Below, piece after piece: positions 29,149 through 33,547 of a stretch of 33,547 nucleotides of DNA (positions are counted from its first letter, which is position 1; each line of letters starts with the position of its first letter). This DNA is from Minisyncoccota bacterium (GTDB lineage: Bacteria; Verrucomicrobiota; Lentisphaeria; Oligosphaerales; MVZH01), in NCBI GenBank assembly GCA_021734725.1, contig JAIPIM010000003.1, positions 1-33,547 of the forward strand, given 5' to 3'. The notes under the pieces were generated by a model that had not been told where the DNA came from, made no database searches, and was given only the letters and a program-made list of their open reading frames with translations. The position numbers were made by a program, and so were the translations under genes.

Positions 29149-29801
29149 GCTTTTCCTTCCGATGGGTCGGTTGGCGGGAAGAGAAAACGTTCCCCTGTAA
29201 GATAATCCACTACCCGTTGAACACAAACAGCCACAGGTTGCTCGGACGTATCCAAGCGAACGTCCGGATGGAGGGGGGGCTCATAGGGTGCATTCACGCC
29301 CGTGAATTCCCGTAGTTCGCCCGATCGGGCTTTCTTATACAAATTCTTGGGGTCCCGAGCCTCGCACGTTGCCACAGGCACATCCAGATAAACTTCAACG
29401 AAACGATCATCGCCACAAAGTCCACGCACGCGCTGGCGATCGTCGCGATAGGGAGAAATGAACGCGGTCAACGTAAGTATGCCACAGTCGGCAAACAATG
29501 TGGCAACCTCACCGATACGCCGGATATTTTCGCACCGTTCGTCGGGGGAAAACCCGAGATCCGCGTTCAGTCCGTGGCGTACGTTGTCGCCATCCAGAAC
29601 ATACGCAAGATGCCCCTCGTCGATGAGTCGTTCCTCCAATGCTCGAGCAATGGTGGATTTACCGGAGCCGCTAAGGCCCGTAAACCATATCACCCCACCC
29701 CGTTGGCCCAACAGCACCTCGCGCTGTCGACGTGTGACAGCCCCGCTGTGCCACGTGACGTTGCGCCGAGTGTCGTCATTGAATTGGTCGCTTTGGCTCA
29801 T
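29145..29801 (-). CDS. cysC: Adenylyl-sulfate (APS) kinase
   Basis: [46 protein letters not shown]. Confidence 0.97.
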   Translation of the reverse strand: MSQSDQFNDDTRRNVTWHSGAVTRRQREVLLGQRGGVIWFTGLSGSGKSTIARALEERLIDEGHLAYVLDGDNVRHGLNADLGFSPDERCENIRRIGEVATLFADCGILTLTAFISPYRDDRQRVRGLCGDDRFVEVYLDVPVATCEARDPKNLYKKARSGELREFTGVNAPYEPPLHPDVRLDTSEQPVAVCVQRVVDYLTGERFLFPPTDPSEGKA

Positions 29802-29852
29802 AAATGTTATCTGGATGGACCTCCGAGTCAGACCTTTTCGCGGAAGGTCGAG

Positions 29853-31832
29853 TTACTCTGATCGATAGTTGGACATCTCGCTCGTCAACCAAGGGCGCAG
29901 GTCAACCACATGCCGGGCCGCACGATCCGCCCGTTCAACGTTGCCTAGGCCATATTCCGTTTTGGCCAGCACCCGCCAGACTTTGTAATTGTTCGGGTTA
30001 TAGGCCCCCGCCTGTCGCATCATGGAGATTCCCGCTTCCGAGACAGGGCCAAGCTTGCCCCCGTCGGCGTATCGGACAATATCGTCATTTATCAGACGTC
30101 GGCCTAATTCATACCAGGGCAACCAATAGGCCGGCGCCCATTGCACAGCCTTCCGCAGCTTGGCCAGGGAACATTGCCCAAGATAACCATTACGGTCCAA
30201 CCGGTATGCATCCGCCCCGAAGACGAGTACAAGAGTAAGGACAATCACGCCCAGAACCGACACGATGCGCCGTTGCCATTCATCCACATTCTTTTGCGCG
30301 TCCAGCGCACTCTTGCCCATGGTCTGAGAAAACGGAACCGCAACGGCCGTCAATATACCGAGGAGCACGGCATTCAACGGTATCCTCGCACCGAAATCCA
30401 CCATCCAGTTGGCAGCCATAGCAACCCACATTCCCGCCGCGGCAGGCAAAAATACGCCGGAGGTGCACGGTTGGGACGCGCAGATTGCCGCCGAAGGCCC
30501 CGTGAATCTCCGCCTCGATTTCAGCAACGATACTCGGCCTCCCAATCTGGCGTAAATTATGGAGCACCAAATACTGCCGGTAACAAGTACGACCAGAATC
30601 GTCCCTATCCCCCCCCCCTCCGCCAATATCTGCACATATTCGTTCTCGGCATGGAGAGCGCCTTTGCGTGAGTCCGATGTTTTATACGCTGGATACACGG
30701 TACGGAAGGCACCAAATCCTGCTCCCGCAACTGGAAATCGTCGCCATATTCGAAGAGCGTCCGACCACATTTGGAAACGCGTTTGAGCGCTTGCTGTTTC
30801 CGTCGCATCCCGGAGAGAATCTATCCTCTCCCGGCTGCTCTCGGATGGCCAAAGAAGAAGGGCCAAAACAACAGCCATCCCCAGCATACTGGCAACCGTT
30901 GCAGCTAGAGGACGACTCTTGACAAGCAGCGCCGAAGTCGCCCCAACCCCAATGACAAGCGTCAAAATACCTCCGCGCGACAGTGAAAAGAAAGCACCCG
31001 CCACCAACGCCGCAAAACACATACCGTAGATCACGATACGTAACAAGCCCACGGCATTGCCTGGCGCTGGCGGACGTTGCCCCTCGGATGCCGCGGCGTC
31101 ATCACGTATTGTCCATCGATGAGGACCGTGCGGACGAACAGTGAGAAGCAATGCAAACGGGGAAAGAATCGCACAGAAAAAGGCAAAATGATTCCGGTTA
31201 ACAAAGGGTCCCATGGATTTGCCGTGCGGTACGGCAATCAGCCACAACAGCTTTTTCCCCTGCGGAAAAACGACTTGTCCCAGTATCCCCAGCACGGCAA
31301 TACACCCCGCCCCCAAAACAATAACCTGAACTAAACGACTCCTAAATGGGAAGGGCAAACCAACCACAAGCCAGAAGGCAGCCCATATACTGACGGTAAG
31401 AAAAAGAAAACGCAGAGTTCCTGCCGCGTTGAAGGATAATCGCCCCAATACCACTTTGCGCTGCCGTTTCATGCTGACGGAAGTATCCTCCTCCGTGAAT
31501 GAAACGCCACCTTGCGCTGGGGCGTCCATAACATCCTCCGACAACGTCACAGCCTCATGTGCACGCCGAAAAAAGGTGGCGCGCAGCTCTGGCATCAGCA
31601 AGATGGGCCAAGGCATGAGTGTGCTGAGGATAAAGATAAGCGCGACTAGACTTGAATACCAAGTCACCCTCGACGCATTCCAAGGAGAAGACTTCCGCTG
31701 TAATACCAAGACCAGCGTAAGACCCGCCGCCGACACCCTGACCCCTCCGTCAAGGCCGCCGCCGGCAAATACCAAGTACGTCAGGATACCCAGCAAGAAA
31801 ACTGTAACCATAATCCGGGCGCGCAACGTCAC
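29853..31832 (-). CDS. O-antigen ligase / Wzy_C family membrane protein with C-terminal TPR-like region
   Basis: Many TM helices, GPFVNRNHF, SLSRGG, RFQMW, GAGFGAF, HAENEYVQILAEGG, DF..RIP. Confidence 0.88.
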   Translation of the reverse strand: MTLRARIMVTVFLLGILTYLVFAGGGLDGGVRVSAAGLTLVLVLQRKSSPWNASRVTWYSSLVALIFILSTLMPWPILLMPELRATFFRRAHEAVTLSEDVMDAPAQGGVSFTEEDTSVSMKRQRKVVLGRLSFNAAGTLRFLFLTVSIWAAFWLVVGLPFPFRSRLVQVIVLGAGCIAVLGILGQVVFPQGKKLLWLIAVPHGKSMGPFVNRNHFAFFCAILSPFALLLTVRPHGPHRWTIRDDAAASEGQRPPAPGNAVGLLRIVIYGMCFAALVAGAFFSLSRGGILTLVIGVGATSALLVKSRPLAATVASMLGMAVVLALLLWPSESSRERIDSLRDATETASAQTRFQMWSDALRIWRRFPVAGAGFGAFRTVYPAYKTSDSRKGALHAENEYVQILAEGGGIGTILVVLVTGSIWCSIIYARLGGRVSLLKSRRRFTGPSAAICASQPCTSGVFLPAAAGMWVAMAANWMVDFGARIPLNAVLLGILTAVAVPFSQTMGKSALDAQKNVDEWQRRIVSVLGVIVLTLVLVFGADAYRLDRNGYLGQCSLAKLRKAVQWAPAYWLPWYELGRRLINDDIVRYADGGKLGPVSEAGISMMRQAGAYNPNNYKVWRVLAKTEYGLGNVERADRAARHVVDLRPWLTSEMSNYRSE

Positions 31833-33547
31833 TCGTCTTTCACGCCTTCAAGCGATTCTCCGTTGCCGTGCTCGTCCTCTTCCTCTGTCCCTTCCTCGTC
31901 ACTCTCGTCGGGACCGTAATAATCGTACCCGTACCCATAGAGAGCCTGACTGTAGTACTGGTAGTAAGAATACATACCATACCGCATGTAGCCGGAGTAG
32001 CCTCGGTAGTAGTGACCATGCCCGCGAGGCATCTCGATCGCGTTCAGGCAGAACCCCAAGACATTGGTTCCCTCCAGACGTCGCAAAGCATGACGCATAG
32101 CCGGAAAACTTGCCTTGCCATGCAACGCCATGAGAAGTGCACCATCACAAGATTTGGCAACCATAGCCGTGTCGACGATCCGACCGATGGGCGCGCTGTC
32201 CAAGATAACAATATCGTATTCCTGCCCCCAGCTGTCCAACAGACTGCCCAGTCGCTCCCGAGAGCACAATTCCGACGCCTCGTAGACAAACTTGCCTGCC
32301 GGGATAAAATCGACATTCTCGTAGTCCGTGTGACGCAAGGACTCACGCCAGTCCGCCACTTCGCCCATCAAAATTTGCGTCAACCCATGGTCCGAATTCT
32401 TTTGTCCGAGCACGTTGTGAAGATTGGGACGACGTAAATCCGCATCGACCAGCAAGACACGCCTCTCACTCCAGGAAAAAGCCACGCCAAGGTTGGCTAC
32501 CGTCGCGGATTTTCCTTCTCCCGGATCCGCCGACGTCACCAACAACGCGTACCCCTTCTTGTCCTCCAGGTAACCATCAAGGCTAATTCGGAGGCTTCGA
32601 TAGGCCTCAGATACCGCATTCGGCTCGTCTTTGTCCATAATAATCGTTTCTTCCGGGTCATAATCGTGCAAAACACGCTGCCAACGCGGGATCCCGCCAA
32701 TGAACGGAAGGCCAAGCTTCTGTTCAATTGCCATGATATCGGTGAACTTCGAGTCAAAAAAGAACAGCAGAAACGCCAGCCCGACGCCAACCCCAAACGC
32801 ACCGGCAAAAGAAGCAGGCACCACGATCATGGGCTTAGGCCAAACCTGACCGATCCCCGCTGGCTCAGCCACCATGCGCGTAATCAGCGATTCCCCGCTC
32901 TGTGCCGATACATCGATAATCCGGTGGGCAATCGAACTGACAAGCTTTCCCAAACGTTCAACCTCCTGCTGAAGATCTCTGTATTCCGATGCTTCCGCAA
33001 TCGTTAAATCCTGTTGTGGACCTGCCCATCCCTGGGTTACGTCAGACAATGCTTCCTGCTGGATTTTCAACGCATTGTAGCGCGCCTGAAGACGACGGCG
33101 TGCAAGCTCACTCTGAAACTTGATACTCTCTTTTGCCTGATGGATGTTGGTCCGCAATTTCACCATAACCGGGTGTTCCGGCTTGTAGGTGTCCAGCCTT
33201 TTGTCGTACAGAGCCTGAAGTTGGGAAATGGCGAACTCCATCTGTTCCCAATGCGACGTTTGACCTAGCCCCGAAAAACGAGGCACCGCCGTCTGTTCCG
33301 ACTCACCTTCACTGGTCGATGCAGTTTGCCCCTCTTCGCCCGCCGCTGTGTTGGTGTCCGCGGCGGTCGTGAGAGGCTGCGATCCGCCCCCGCCGGTCCC
33401 CTGGCCCGATGTTGCGCCATGTGCTTCCAGCGAAAGTGCCAGCTCATCTTGAACCGTCGGCGCATCCGCGTCTTTCAACGCACGCAACTGGATACCTATC
33501 ATGGCCCGTTCCGTGCGCAGGGACTGCTGCCTCTGCAACAGCTTGTC
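31829..33547 (-). CDS. Polysaccharide co-polymerase / BY-kinase (Wzc/GumC-like), 5'-truncated by window edge
   Basis: Coiled-coil periplasmic part, TM helix, EAYRSLR, TSADPGEGKS (Walker A), LLVDADLRRP, ILDSAP and a Tyr-rich C-terminal cluster. Confidence 0.92.
   Translation of the reverse strand, partial: DKLLQRQQSLRTERAMIGIQLRALKDADAPTVQDELALSLEAHGATSGQGTGGGGSQPLTTAADTNTAAGEEGQTASTSEGESEQTAVPRFSGLGQTSHWEQMEFAISQLQALYDKRLDTYKPEHPVMVKLRTNIHQAKESIKFQSELARRRLQARYNALKIQQEALSDVTQGWAGPQQDLTIAEASEYRDLQQEVERLGKLVSSIAHRIIDVSAQSGESLITRMVAEPAGIGQVWPKPMIVVPASFAGAFGVGVGLAFLLFFFDSKFTDIMAIEQKLGLPFIGGIPRWQRVLHDYDPEETIIMDKDEPNAVSEAYRSLRISLDGYLEDKKGYALLVTSADPGEGKSATVANLGVAFSWSERRVLLVDADLRRPNLHNVLGQKNSDHGLTQILMGEVADWRESLRHTDYENVDFIPAGKFVYEASELCSRERLGSLLDSWGQEYDIVILDSAPIGRIVDTAMVAKSCDGALLMALHGKASFPAMRHALRRLEGTNVLGFCLNAIEMPRGHGHYYRGYSGYMRYGMYSYYQYYSQALYGYGYDYYGPDESDEEGTEEEDEHGNGESLEGVKDE

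Noticed and set aside
29149-29226. N-terminal extension of CysD
   Set aside because: Lies inside cysC; the ATGA overlap at 29145-29148 marks the likely start.

Overview
Bacterial, GC-rich window, plausibly from the PVC superphylum (Lentisphaerae/Kiritimatiellae-like; inferred from gene content only). Left (+ strand): the end of a GT9/WaaF-like heptosyltransferase, then an 8-kb defence island. In the island a Type III restriction-modification pair (mod 602-2620, res ~5825-8530) is split by a two-gene cassette. The cassette is an 861-aa Type IIG/Eco57I-like N6-adenine methyltransferase, whose N-terminal nuclease-like domain appears to lack catalytic residues, translationally coupled to a PIN-domain nuclease with no antitoxin gene. 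This is the best candidate for an undescribed system. The rest is on the - strand: AI-2E transporter, LOG protein, RdgC-like protein, a sugar-catabolism block (GH5-like hydrolase, glycerate kinase, PHP-fold hydrolase, internally deleted GH116), uvrB, nitroreductase, psd, fkp, a FecR-domain protein, cysQ-cysNC-cysD-cysC, an O-antigen ligase/polymerase and a Wzc-like tyrosine kinase. The right-hand block suggests a sulfated, possibly fucosylated, surface polysaccharide locus. Several palindromic/MITE-like repeats, heptamer arrays and a recurring 19-bp palindromic motif are also present. No tRNA, rRNA, CRISPR array or transposase was seen. All calls are from motif recognition by eye, with no database searches.
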